A DNA stretch of 64,000 bases from Mycoplasmatales bacterium (lineage in GTDB: Bacteria > Bacillota_I > Bacilli_A > Mycoplasmatales > JABABV01), in NCBI GenBank assembly GCA_965222855.1, contig CBDCUL010000007.1:5343-69342 (forward strand), in the 5' to 3' direction. The position numbers and the translations under genes are program-made. This document shows, piece by piece, positions 44,672 through 58,060 of the stretch (positions are counted from its first letter, which is position 1; each line of letters starts with the position of its first letter). Below the pieces are notes generated by a model, which saw only the letters and a list, made by a program, of their open reading frames with translations, ran no database searches and was not told where the DNA came from.

Positions 44672-46747
44672 CTATCAACGATAATAATATCTGTGAGTTG
44701 TTAAATTATATAAGATTACAGCAGTATATTTATATCCTATATATTTGTTGAAAAAACGAGTTCTGTATCCAAATGTACCTTTTACTTGTACTTGAGTATA
44801 ATTATTTTGAATAGTTGCTTTTGATATACTATTAATTTTAAAGTTTAAAAAGCGACTAGAATTAATTTCAATTCTATAGCTAAGTCATGTTTTGATTTCT
44901 GTAGTTAGTATTTTATTGTTGAATATATTATGTGATGGTACCATTGGTTTTCTATCTGGAGTTAAACCTGAGATTGCTGGAGTTAAACCTGAAATTGCTG
45001 GAGTTAAGTTTGAAATGGCTGGTGTTAGTCCAGATATTGCTGGAGTTAAACCCGAAATGGCTGGTGTTAGTCCAGATATTGCCGGAGTTAAGTTTGAAAT
45101 GGCTGGTGTTAGTCTAGATATTGCCGGAGTTAAGTTTGAAATGGCTGGTGTTAGATTAGAGATCGCTGGATTCAAATTATTTGAATTTGCGACAAGATGT
45201 AAATTTCAGAAAGTGAAATTATTACTATCAGCATTATAGACTACGGTTGCTATTACTGAACCGTAAATCTGATCAACATTTATGGTTGCATTAATATCAG
45301 AATAAGTTTTATTAGACTGTCCTAGTTTATGAATGTTATATACATTAACTTTTGATAATAGCGCTGATGTTGCACCTGTTGGTAAATAATTATGCAATGC
45401 TATTGTCAAAGGTTGGTGTAAACGCTCGTTTGTAAAGATTGTAGTAGATGGTTCTAAATTGTTCATTGCCGGAGTTAGATTAGATATTGCCGGAGTTAAA
45501 CCTGAGATTGCAGGCGTTAAGTTAGATATAGCTGGTGTTAGTCCAGATATTGCTGGAGTTAAGTTTGAAATGGCTGGAGTCAATCCTGATATAGCTGGAG
45601 TTAAGTTTGAAATGGCTGGTGTTAGATTAGATATTGCAGGAGTTAAACCTGAGATTGCTGGATTCAAACTATTTGAATTTGTGACAAGATGTAAATTTCA
45701 GAAAGTGAAATTATTACTATCAGCATTATAGACTACAGTTGCTATTACTGAACCGTAAATCTGATCAACATTTATGGTTGCATTAATATCAGAATAAGTT
45801 TTATTAGACTGTCCTAGTTTATGAATGTTATATACATTAACTTTTGATAATAGCGCTGATGTTGCACCTGTTGGTAAATAATTATGCAATGCTATTGTCA
45901 AAGGTTGGTGTAAACGCTCGTTTGTAAAGATTGTAGTAGATGGTTCTAAATTGTTCATTGCCGGAGTTAGATTAGATATTGCTGGAGTTAAACCTGAGAT
46001 TGCAGGCGTTAAGTTAGATATAGCTGGTGTTAGTCCAGATATTACTGGAGTCAATCCTGATATAGCTGGAGTCAAGTTTGAAATGGCTGGTGTTAGTCCA
46101 GATATTGCTGGAGTTAAACCTGATATAGCTGGAGTTAAGTTTGAAATGGCTGGTGTTAGTCCAGATATTGCTGGAGTTAAACCTGAGATTGCAGGCGTTA
46201 AGTTCGATATAGCCGGCGTTAAACCTGAAATGGCTGGAGTTAAACCTGAGATTGCTGGATTCAAACTATTTGAATTTGTGACAAGATGTAAATTTCAAAA
46301 AGTAAACTTTCTACTATTACTATTATAAACAGCGGTAGCTGTTGCGGTATTATAAATACCATCAATATATATTGTGGCATTTATATTAGCATAAGATTGT
46401 CTATCATCACCTTTTGCATGAATATTATAAATATTAACTACTGATAATAATGATGCTGATTTTGTAAGTGGTAAATAGTTTTGTAGAGCTTTTGCAAAAG
46501 GACCTCGTAAATTTTCGTTAGTAAAAATTTCAGTAGTCGGTCTCAAATTATTAATCATAGGCGTTAATGATGATTGTTGTGTCTTAATTTTATTTCAAAT
46601 TGGATTGATTAATGGCATATCATTATTATTTCTAGGATTCTTATTTGGTTTGAATTCTAAAGATGCAACACTACTAATTAATAGAATTAATGCGATAGAT
46701 ACACTCGATATTGTAATTTTTAATTTTTTCTTAGATTTATGATTCAT
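44672..46747 (-). CDS. modular surface protein F4 with three 21-nt repeat arrays, 691 aa
   Basis: Track ORFs 44885.., 45206.., 45698.., 46295.. and 46595.. are all in frame. GGAG RBS plus ATG 46747 (MNHKSKKKL). TAG 44672..44674. Confidence 0.7.
44963..45175 (-). repeat. 21-nt tandem array A in F4, ~10 copies (TPAIS[NG]L)
   Basis: Read directly from track ORF 44885..45175. Confidence 0.8.
45455..45667 (-). repeat. 21-nt tandem array B in F4, ~10 copies
   Basis: Read directly from track ORF 45206..45667. Confidence 0.8.
45947..46264 (-). repeat. 21-nt tandem array C in F4, ~15 copies
   Basis: Read directly from track ORF 45698..46264. Confidence 0.8.
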
Positions 46748-47067
46748 TCTTAAAATACTCCTTTTTTCTTTAATTTTATCGATTTTTAATCTAAATAGTT
46801 GATAAATCAAATTGCTAATTAGTGATTAGACATTAAAAAAATGCTAAGAAGTTAAAATACTGCTTAATTTTTTTAATTTTAAATAATTTAGTTTTGCTAC
46901 TAAATTATTTTTAATTTATTATTTTAATACATATTTTATGTATACTCAATACATTGCTTAGTGCAAGTAAACATATAAAATATATACCATAATTTCATAA
47001 ATAACACAAGTATTTTTTTAAATTATGCTATATATTTATTTCATTAAATATCTAAAATAATGCTTAA

Positions 47068-47958
47068 TTAATTATTTTTAATGATTCATCTTTGGCTAAC
47101 TATTTTTGGATTTGGGTTAAAAGTAATTGTGGCAATTACTTGCTTATTTACTTTACTAATAACTTTTCAACTAAAATTACTATTCGAAACAATATCGATA
47201 TTTTGGAGCGTTGTTTGACGCAGTCCTAAATATTGTTTAACAGCTTCAGTTAGTGAACTTGTAATATGTGATAATTTTGCCGAATTATTATTAGTGGCTT
47301 TTGTTAAATCATATGATTTAACAAAAGCAAACTGATATGCCATTCTAGTTGTGTGATCAATTGCTGTTGTTGTATTAGCTAGTCCTAAATAACTAACTGT
47401 TAATTGTTGATCAATAATCGTTGTTGTAATTAATTTATTGTTAATTTTAGTTGTGCTATTTTTGTTTCAATTTTGAATATGACTAGATCCTTTAGGGAAT
47501 ACTAATGCAGCATCATTTCAGAATGGATAGTAATAACTATCATTCAATGATGATAATGCATTAGTATGTAAATCATTTAGTGCTAAATCTTGACCTAAAA
47601 TCTTACTATTAATTAGTCCGCCAATATCTTTAGTGCTTCATCTTTGATAATGACTATTTTTTTCTACTTTAACATTAAATGGGATATTTTTAAACACACT
47701 ACTATTTTGAGTTATTGTGTCAGTATATGAAATTGTGCCTGTAACTAGATTTGCTTTAGTAACTGTATTGACTTTTAACACTACGTTACTGAGCAATTTA
47801 AGATCATCTAATTGGTATGCTAAATCAGTTGCAATCCTCTTCGACGTTGGCTTAAAAAAATGGTTATGACAGCTCATCGTTGTTGTGGCAAATGTAGTTA
47901 TTGCCACAACACTGCTACAACTAATTAAAAAGATTTTAATTATTTTAAATTGCTTCAT
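47068..47958 (-). CDS. lipoprotein, 296 aa
   Basis: The signal peptide ends in TTMSC. Track ORF 47638..47958 extended through TGA codons to TAA 47068..47070. Confidence 0.6.
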
Positions 47959-48234
47959 TAGTTTTAATTCCTTAATTTTATTAGTTTGATTTTTTAAATT
48001 TAGTTAGTTTCTTAATAATTATATTTTATAATAAAATTACAATTGATTGTTATTTTATGAATTTAAAAAACACTAACTAAATTATTAGTTAGTGTTTTTC
48101 TTATTTAACTATTTATTATTTTAATTCTTATAATCTATCAAAGTAATATTAAATTAGAAGAAGTGTTTTTATTAGTTATGTTGCAAGGTTTTAGTTAGAG
48201 GTTTTATCGTTGGTATTAGTTTTGTAGAAATCGT

Positions 48235-49011
48235 TTAATCAATTACTAAATTATTAATCGCATATCGATTGTCATTAAGACTGTATGATATTGTTGCATC
48301 AAATCTTTTATCAACACCATTAACAGTTATTATGCCATAAATATTAGCACTAGATATTATTACTAAATTACCTTGTATTAATATTGAATAAGTTCGCACA
48401 TGCGTATGAGCGATTGCGCTAGCTAGTGTTCATTTAGTACCAATTGGCAAATGCTTTGAAAAAGAATTTGCAACTGGTACTAATAATTCATTACTGGCAA
48501 AAATTGAAGTGGTTGGTATTAGTGATTCTAGAGCTGGTGTTGTGCTATCATCTTTAGTAGTTGTCACTACTAAATTGTTAATTATAAATTTTCCTACTTT
48601 TTTATTATCAATAGCAACATAAGTATATGTTGCTATTGCACTATAAGAATAATCACTTTTACCAATAGTTACTTTACCTCTAATATCGGCGAAAACTGAT
48701 ATTATGATGGCATTTTTATGAGCATCAATACCATGCTTAACTTTGAAGTTATTGGCTTTAATTGATGATCCTAATTTTAAAGCGATTGTGTAACCAGTTA
48801 AGTGAGTTGATAAAGCATTTAACACTGGCATAGTTAAGCGATTGTTAGTAAAAATATCAGTAGAATAACTTATATTGTTATCTATAATTGTTTGATTTTT
48901 TGGTGCATGGATTTTTTTACCACAACTAGCAACTGTAGTTGTAACAACTCCAGTTGCAGCAAGTATAGAAAAACTCGTTAATAAGATTTTTAATTTTCTA
49001 GATTTATTCAT
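48235..49011 (-). CDS. modular lipoprotein (2 domains), 258 aa
   Basis: MNKSRKLKILLTSF...TVASCG lipobox. Track ORF 48430..49011 plus 64 further codons to TAA 48235..48237. Confidence 0.65.
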
Positions 49012-49302
49012 AATTTGTTCATTCCTTTTTTCACTTGTTTTATTTTGAAAATAATCTAGCTTAATTTTATAGTTGGTAATTAATTAAATAGTCGATTAAT
49101 CCTTAAAGATTACTTAATTGGCTCACACTCTTATATTAAACCTAAATTTAATTTATTTAACAATCTTTTTTTAAGAAATTTATTTTATATTTTGAATTTA
49201 AAAAAACACCAACTAAAAATTTAGTTGGTGTTTTTGTTATTTGAATTAAACTATATTTTAAATATGGTTTAATTAGTTTTATTGATCTTAAATTAATTGT
49301 TA

Positions 49303-51942
49303 TTATGCAACAATTTTAAAATTAATAATTTTATATGATTGAGTTTTAACATCATATAACGCTGTAGCAGTAAAATGTTTATTAATTCCACCAGCAATAA
49401 TTATTGTTCCGTTTATTGTAGCTGAATATGAAATTATTGTTGACTTACCTTTAATTAAAACAGATACATCTGTCACGTTACTAGCGTGCATATTTGGTGA
49501 AATAATAAATTGTGAACCATTTGGTAAAGATGAATGATTTGCAATATAAGATTTTATTGGTTCTTCTAAGTTTCTACCTGAAAAAGGATTAGTTGGTAAA
49601 GTTACACTCATTGCTGGTCCCAAGTTTGCTGAACCAACAGTAAATGTAGATTGAGAAGTAACATATTCTTGAGTTGCAAAATTATATGATACTACTATTG
49701 AAAATTTGTTATACATTTTAGTATCGTTAAGATAAACTGTTCCAGTCACTAGTAATGTTGAAGTTTGAGTTTTTTTATTATATAAAACATTTGAAGTATC
49801 AAAATTATTAGTTAATATTTGTGAAACGTTGTTTGCTCCTAATTTTTTAGCAAAAGCTGTTTTAAGTGGTGTTTGTAGACTAGTTTGATTAAAAACTTGA
49901 TTTGCAGGTGTTGTCGGAATATCGTTTCATACTAAGTTAGTAGTTGTATATAATCCACTAGCATAAGTATATATAACAGTTGTTGAAAATGTTTGAGATT
50001 GTCCATTAATCATTACTCTACCAGATACTCTAGCTTGAGCAGAAATTATTGTACCTTTAGCATTTTTGTTAACTGTGATATCTACAATAGGACGAATCAT
50101 TATATTATCTATTGTAGAATTTTTAGTAGGTAAATTATTTTTTATTTGTGCTTTTACTGATGGTAGTACTGCATATGTTTTAAATATGTTGGTTGCTGGT
50201 GTTAGATTTGAGATTGCTGGTGTTGTTGCATCACTTTCACCTACAAGAATATGTAAATTTCAGAAAGTGAAATTTCCAGTATCGGCATTATAAACTACAG
50301 TTGCAAGAACTTTTCCAAGAATTCCATTAACTTTAACTGTTGCTGTAACACCGGCGTAAGCTTTATTACTTTCACCTTGTTTATGAATATCATAAACAGA
50401 TGGTGCTCATACAATTGATGATTGTATACCAGCGGGTAAATGATTTTTCAATGCTATCGCTAATCCCGGGCGTAAACGATCAGCTGTGAAAATTGTAGTA
50501 GATGGAGCAATAATTGAGATAGCCGGTGTTAGTCCATGCATTGCCGGTATTAGGTTTGATGCATTCGCACTAATTACTAAATCAGTAATTACATAGAAAT
50601 CATCATCAAGCTGAAATCATGCTTTTGCTGTAAATGTTCTATTTATACCATTAATAGTTACTACACCAGTAATATTAGCTGAATTAATTGTAACGCTTGG
50701 GTTAGTTTTCTCAGTTTTAATATTAGTAGCTGTGATCCCTGTAGCTAATGTTCAACTAGGACCAAACATAAGTTTTTGTGATAAAGCTTGTGTTACTGGC
50801 GCAACTAAATCATCACTTGTAAAAACTGAAGTAGATGGTGTTAATGATTGTCCAGTTGGAATTAATGTATTCATTTTATGGTTGATTTTTAAATTAGTAA
50901 TTTGATATGATTGCGTAGCTCAAGTATATGAAACAGTTGCATTAAATGGTTGGACTCCATTAGCAAGCGTTACTTGACCATTTATTATAGTTGAAGATAC
51001 TTGGTTTCCTGCTTTTATAGAAATAGTTATATTTCCATGTGTAACTGGTGTTACATATCTAGTTGGTCCAGGTAATAAATGTTTATTGATTGCCTGAGCA
51101 ACAAGTATGTGTAAGTGTGCATTTGAAAACACTGAATCTGCAGGTTTTATAACATCTTGGTTAGGAAAAACAATTGGTGTAAATGGTGTTAATGGTCTCA
51201 TTGCTGGTCCTATATCAGAAGGAACCGCCATAATAACTTTTAAGTTAGTGATTATGTATGATGAATTGTTCAAACTATTATATGATACATTAGCACTAAA
51301 TCTTTTATTAATACCATTAATAGTTACTATACCATAAATATTTGCTGTAGAAGTTGTGATTGGATTACCTTGAATTAAAACTGTGAAAGTTTTGACGTTA
51401 GTAACAGAAATCGCTGGTGCTAACGTTCAACTTGAACCTACAAATTTATGTCCTAAAGCATTGTTAACAGGTACTATTATTTTATTACTTGCAAAAATAG
51501 ATGTTATTGCTGGACCTATGTTAGTCCCAGCAATGTGAATTTTTAAGTTACTAATAACATATGTTTTACTGCTATAAGTAAATATTGCTGATGCTGTATA
51601 GTTAGAAGTCACTGTACCAATAGTTACTTTTCCAGTTAGATTAGCTGAAGCAGTCGTAATTGTTGCTTTAGTAAATCCAACTTGCATATTACTAGATGTT
51701 ATTGTTGCATCTAAGCTAAATTTAGTATCACCTAAATGAGCTTTAATTGCAGCTGTTACAGATGTATTTAAAGCTGTTTGAGTGAATGGCGAAGTAGCCG
51801 CTGACATAGATTTTCCTATTGGAGTATTTTTCCCTTTATCTGCATTTTTACCACAACTAGCAACTGTCGTTGTAACAACACCCGTTGTTGCAACTGCGGC
51901 AAAACTAGTTAGTAAAATTTTTAATTTCTTAGATTTGTTCAT
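49303..51942 (-). CDS. large modular lipoprotein (~9 domains), 879 aa
   Basis: Track ORFs 49303.., 50920.. and 51427.. are in one frame. I checked triplets across 49741..50340 and found no TAA/TAG. Lipobox TVASCG. TAA 49303..49305. Confidence 0.65.
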
Positions 51943-52155
51943 TTTGTTGATTCCTTTTTTTATTTTTTTACTTTTAAATAGTTAATTAATAATTTTTAAT
52001 ATATGTATACAATTAGCATTTTACCACATAAATCCTTTAAATAGGTTAAATTTTATAATTAATCACAATAAAAAAACACCAACTAATAATAGTTGGTGTT
52101 TTTTTGTTATTTAAATATTGTTTAATTAATTTTGTTGATCTTAAATTTATGATTA

Positions 52156-53490
52156 TTATACAGTAATTTTAAAATTAATAATTTTATATGATTGACTTGT
52201 AACATCATATAATGCTGTAGTAGTAAAGTGTTTGTTCATTCCGCCAGCAATAATTATTGTTCCGTTTATTGTAGCTGAATAAGAAATTATTGTTGATTTA
52301 CCTTTAATTAAAACAGATACATCTGTAACGTTACTAGCGTGAATATTTGGTGCAATAATAAATTGTGAACCATTTGGTAAAGATGAATGATTTGCAATAT
52401 AAGATTTTATTGGTTCTTCTAAGTTTCTACCTGAAAAAGGATTGCTTGATGGTAATCCGCTCATTGTTGGTATCAAGTTTTCTGAATCAACAGAAAATGT
52501 AGCTTGAGAAGTAACATATGTTTTAGTTGCAAAATCATATGATACTACTATTGAGAATTTATTATACATTTTAGTATCGTTAAAATAAACTGTTCCACTA
52601 ACTAATAATATTGAAGTTTGAGTTTTTTTATTATATAAAACATCTGAAGCAGCAAAATTATTAGTTAATATTTGTGAAAAGTTCTTTGTTCCTAATTTTT
52701 TAGTAAAAGCTGTTTTAAGTGGTGTTTGTAGGCTAGTTTGACTAAAAACATAAGTAGCTGATGTTATCGGAATATCGTTTCATACTAAGTTAGTAGTTGT
52801 ATATAATCCACTAGCATAAGTATATATAACAGTTGTTGAAAATGGTTGAGATTGTCCATCAATCATTACTCTACCAGATACTCTAGCTTGAGCAGAAATT
52901 ATTGTACCTTTAGCATTTTTGTTAACTGTGATATCTACAATAGGACGAATCATTATATTGTCTATTGTAGAATTTTTAGTAGGTAAATTATTTTTTATTT
53001 GTGCTTTTACCGATGGTAGTACTGCATATGTTTTAAATATGTCAGTTGCTGGTGTTGTATTAGGTATATAATCTAATTTAAAAGTTGCTGCGTTTGGTGT
53101 TGTATATGATAATGTTGCAAAAGTATAAACTACTTTAACAGTGAATATTTGTTTAATACCATTAATATTTACTTTACCTATTATTGTAGAAGAAGATGAT
53201 ATGATATTACTTTGAGCATCTTTTTTAGCTACAATATTAGATATTAATACAATATTAATATCTTTTACTTTAGATCCTGTTAATGAACTTTTTTGTAAAG
53301 ATGTAGTTACACTTGGTAATAAGTTTGCTTTTGAAAATAAGTAAGTAGCGGGTGATATTTTTGTTTCTAGTGGGTTATCATTCGATTTCTTATTTGTCCC
53401 ACAACTAGTTATTGTTGTTGCGACAACGCCGGTTGTTGCAACTGCTGCAAAACTAGTTAATAAAATTTTTAATTTCTTAGATTTGTTCAT
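52156..53490 (-). CDS. modular lipoprotein, 444 aa
   Basis: Track ORFs 52156.. and 52780.. are in frame. Lipobox ITSCG. The C-terminal ~300 aa are near-identical to the 49303..51942 product. Confidence 0.65.
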
Positions 53491-53895
53491 TTTGTTAATT
53501 CCTTTTCTTTATTTTTTTATTTTTTTAATTAAATTATATTTGTATATAAAAATTTTAATAATTAATATTAATGCTATAAAAATGCTATAAAAACGTTGTT
53601 AATAGCAACGTCTTTTATGGAAATTATGTAACGATTATTAATTATTAAAATTTGTGTTATTTATATTCGTATCTTGTTTTATATTAATTTATACAATTAT
53701 CATTTTACCATATAATATTTTTTATTGCCATCTTAAATTAATTACACTGATCTAAATTTAAGTATCATATCTAATATTTAAATAATTACTGTTATATATA
53801 AATAACAAAAAAATACAACTACTAATATAGTTGTATTTTTGTTTTAATAATATTAATCAACATTATTTAGTTTTTAATTAGTATATTATTATTGA

Positions 53896-55296
53896 TTATT
53901 TTTTAGCAACAATAACAACATTACTAATTACGAATGGTGTTTTTGCACCAATTGTGTATTTTGCGGTTGCTGTGTAAGTGTATACTACTTTATCAATGCT
54001 TACAGTAGCGCTAATATTAGCTCCATATCCTGTAACTTGACCCTTTTCATTAACTGAAGCATAAGTTACAAATGTGCTTTGATCATATGTAACCAATGAT
54101 GGAGTGATTACTTTAGCATCTTTGTATGCTTTTTGACTTTTAACAGATGCGCTAATAACAGGTGTTAAATTTTTACTTGTAAAAATTTTATTAGCTGTTA
54201 TTGTTGTTTGTTTTGTTCATGGTTTATTAACAATTTTTAAATTAACAATAGCATAAAGTTTTTTATTAACATCATAAATTGCTCTTGCACTATATTTATA
54301 GCTGTTTTTATTATTAGTTATTGTTCCTGCTATATCAGCATATTTCATCACGATTTTTTTACCTTGAATTACTGCACTAATAGTTTTAATATTAGTAACA
54401 GTAATTTTTGGTGCTAAACTAAATTGGACATTTTGTCCTAATTTAGTTTGAATAGCTGTTGTTACAGGGGCTGTTAAGTTTTTACTTATGAATGTATTAT
54501 TAGTTGGTGCATACGTTTTTGTAGGTGTAGGTAATATTGGTACTCAATTTGGATTAACGTTGTTAACGTTCAAGTTAGTTATTGCATATGAGTGATCACT
54601 TAATAGATATTGAGCATTCGCACTAAATGATCTAATGTTTCCTTCAACGTTAACATATCCATATATGTTAGCACTTGAAATTGTCATTGGATTACTTTGA
54701 ACTACAACAGTAATAGTTTTAATATTATTAGCGATAATATTTGGTGATAATACAAAAATATTACCGACCAAATATTTAGATAAAGCATGTCGAACCGGTT
54801 TCATTAAACGACTACTTCCAAAAACAGGTGTAGTTGATGGGATAATTGGTTCTATTGCTGTTGCTGAATTTATATTTATTTCAGCAACATGAATTGCAAA
54901 GTTAGAAATAGTATATGGTGATCAACTACCATAGTTATATACTGCTGTAGCAGTATAATTATAAACAACTTTTTTAATGGTAATTTTCCCACTTAGATTA
55001 GATGTTGAAGAAACAATGAATGATCGAATAAAGAGTACTTTAGCATGACTAGCCATAATATTTGGATTTAGGCTAAATGCTGTTGTTCCTAAATGAGCTG
55101 TGATCGCTTTTGTTAAAGGTGCTTTTAGAGCAGCTTTAGTAAATGGTGAAACTGAATTTGACATTCCAGTAGCAGGTGTATTATGGGCCGAATTTTTATT
55201 CTTACCACAACTAGATAATGTTGTTGCCATAACCCCAGTAATGGCAACAGCAGAAAAGCTCGTTAATAAAAATTTCAATTTTCTAGATTTATTCAT
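53896..55296 (-). CDS. modular lipoprotein, 466 aa
   Basis: Track ORFs 53896.., 54544.. and 54922.. are in frame. I checked 54097..54546 for stops and found none. Lipobox LSSCG. Confidence 0.65.
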
Positions 55297-55754
55297 AATT
55301 TGTTAATTCCTTTTCTATTTTATTTTTTTTATTTGTTTGGCGTTTAAATAGTGAATTAGATTATTGATTCATTTGTGAGCAGTGCTTAGTTTAATAAAAA
55401 TTTTAATAATTAGTGAATGCTATGAAATGTCTTTGATAGCAGGATTTTGTTAAAATTTATTTTAACGATCATTAATTATTAAAATTTTAATTGTTTATAC
55501 TTATTTTGGTTAGTGTATTTCCCTTATATTCATACACCTATAATTTTAACATACAAATTATTACCAGAAATATAATTCTTAATTGTTGGTTTGATTTTTG
55601 AGATATTAATCGGTGTTCCTGATTGGATATTTTTTATTGCTATAAATGATTTATAGCAATAAAAAAAATACAACTATTGATTTAGTTGTATTTTTTTATT
55701 ATTTAATTAGTTTGTTAAACTCATTATTACTTAAACGAATTATTGAATAAGTTA

Positions 55755-56786
55755 TTAATTATTAACTATAATATTTCAATTAGTTCCCATTGTAGTATAA
55801 GTTTGTGTATTTCATTGATAAGCTATACCTAATGAAAAAGTTCCATTAACAATTTGGTTATCTTTTTTAAAACTAAATGTACCATTTACATTAGCTGATG
55901 TTAATTGTTCTTTTTTATTAGCATTAATATTTTTAACTGGATTAATGTTTAAATTACTTACTACTGAATTTGTAGGTAGTTTTGATGTAATTGCATTTGT
56001 AACTGGTGTTGTTATTTCATTAGTTGCAAATACTGAAGTAGCATCATTATTAATTATAATATTTCAATTAGTTCCCATTGTAGTATAAGTTTGTGTATTT
56101 CATTGATAAGCTATACCTAATGAAAAAGTTCCATTAACAATTTGGTTATCTTTTTTAAAACTAAATGTACCATTTACATTAGCTGATGTTAATTGTTCTT
56201 TTTTATTAGCATTAATATTTTTAACTGGATTAATGTTTAAATTACTTACTACTGAATTTGTAGGTAGTTTTGATGTAATTGCATTTGTAACTGGTGTTGT
56301 TATTTCATTAGTTGCAAATACTGAAGTAGCTTGTGAAAATGGTTGAGGAATAGGATTAACATTAATTGATGGAATTATTCATTTAAAATTTAAATGTGTA
56401 ATAGCATATTGTCCACTATTAAAAATATAAGAAGCAGTTGCTGTAAATTTTTGATTTACACCATCAACAATTAATATTCCATAAATTTTAGCTGAAGAAA
56501 TTTTTACTCCTTGAACTGTTGCAGTTTGAATGTTTTTAGCAACAATGTTTGGAGCTATACTTCAAGCAGAACCTACTGGTAAAACATGTGATCAAGCAGT
56601 TGCTACTGGGTCCATTAAGTTTGCGCTTGCAAAAATTGGAGTAGCAGGTGTTAAAGCAGTTTGAGTTGGATTGTCATTTGAATTTTTACTTGTTCCACAA
56701 CTAGCTACTGTCGTTGCTACAACACCCGTTGTTGCAACTGCTGCAAAACTAGTTAATAAGATTTTTAATTTTTTTGATTTATTCAT
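55755..56786 (-). CDS. modular lipoprotein with a perfect 96-aa internal duplication, 343 aa
   Basis: Track ORF 56592..56786 (lipobox VASCG) is in frame with TAA 55755..55757. Confidence 0.65.
55769..56330 (-). repeat. direct tandem duplication, period 288 nt, apparently identical copies
   Basis: The string ataatatttcaattagttcccattgtag...gcaaatactgaagtagc occurs twice, starting near 55769 and 56057. Confidence 0.75.
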
Positions 56787-56905
56787 TATTAATCAGATCC
56801 TTTTCTTTTCTTTTAATTACGGTTACTTTGTTTAATATTAATTTCTATGTTTATTTAAAGATTTAAAGCGAATTTTATTAATTTAATTAAATATATGTGT
56901 AATGA

Positions 56906-58060
56906 TTATTTAGCTCAATCTACAATATAAGGTGTTTTATTGCCAATTGTATAATTTACTTGGACAATAAAGTAATTATTTATATGATCCATTATTACTA
57001 TTCCAGTAACAACTTCTGAATATCCAATAATTTTATGGTCTTCATCATAAATTGGTTTTGAGTTTTCGTGAGTAAAAGTTGGTTTGATAGTAACAACTTG
57101 TGCTTTAACAACTTTACCTCTAACTGTGTGGCTTTTAGCAAAATATGTTGTAATAAATGAACTAACTGGTTTTTCTAAATTAGCATCAGTGAAGTAATTA
57201 CGAGCTGGTGTTAATTTAGAAGTAGTATCTTGAACTACGACATTCAAGATTTCATATGTATTAGTATTACTATGATAGACTGCACTGGCACTATATGTTC
57301 TAGCTATTGTATTAACAATAACTATTCCATCAATATCCGCTGTTGCTGCTGTGCTAGCATCAGCTAAAATTGTAAAATGTTGCACATTTGAAACATTAAT
57401 TTTTGGCATTACAGTTCAGTTATCATGAGCTTCTAATTTATGGACTACTGCAATTGTCACTGGCTGAGCTAGATTTTCACTTGTAAAAGTGTTGTTAGCT
57501 GGTGCCAATGGTGTCATTGGTATAGTCGCCGGTGTTAACGGTGAGACTGGAATAGTTGCTGGTGTTAACGGTGTTGATGGTAACGTTGGTGTTACTGTTG
57601 GTGTTTTTCCCGGAGTAGCCGGAGTTAGTGTTTTAGTAGCTGGTTGAATATCTAAGTTAACAATCTCATAATGTTTAATATTATTATGATATACGGCAGT
57701 TGCTTGATATGATCTAGCAACTGAGTTAATTATAATAATTCCACTAATATCAGCAGTTGATGCTGTAGTAGCGTTATCTAATACCACATAACTTTGAATG
57801 TTTGAAACACCAATATTTGGTGATAAAACTCAATCAGCATTAGCTGGTAATTTATCTGAAATTGAAATAAAATATTTAACTTGTCCAAATAAATTTTGAC
57901 TTGTAAAAGTATCATTTGTCGGTGCTAAACTTGTTGCCGTGGGATTATCGTTTAATTTATTACTTGTTCCACAACTAGCAATTGTTGTTGCTACAACACC
58001 TGTTGTTGCAACGGCCGCAAAACTAGTTAATAATATTTTTAATTTTTTAGATTTATTCAT
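56906..58060 (-). CDS. modular lipoprotein with Pro/Thr-rich linker, 384 aa
   Basis: Track ORFs 56915.., 57416.. and 57830.. are in frame. Start at MNKSKKLK, lipobox IASCG. Linker TLTPATPGKTPTVTPTLPSTPLTPATIPVSPLTPATIPMTPLAP. Confidence 0.65.

Noticed and set aside
42026-46264. A possible CRISPR array, suggested by many short direct repeats at regular spacing.
   Set aside because: The repeats are contiguous with no unique spacers. The unit is 21 or 33 nt, in frame within ORFs, and there are no cas genes in the window.
41997-46328. Long + strand ORFs with AGVKFEIAGV-type or SPSHFGHLTGD-type repeats (41997..42497, 42918..43304, 43485..43769, 44892..45239, 44932..45117, 45459..45731, 45951..46328, also 50066..50293).
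   Set aside because: They are the antisense reading of the 21-nt and 33-nt coding repeats. The repeat periodicity keeps all frames open. The minus strand carries signal peptides, RBSs and family homology, while the plus-strand frames have none.
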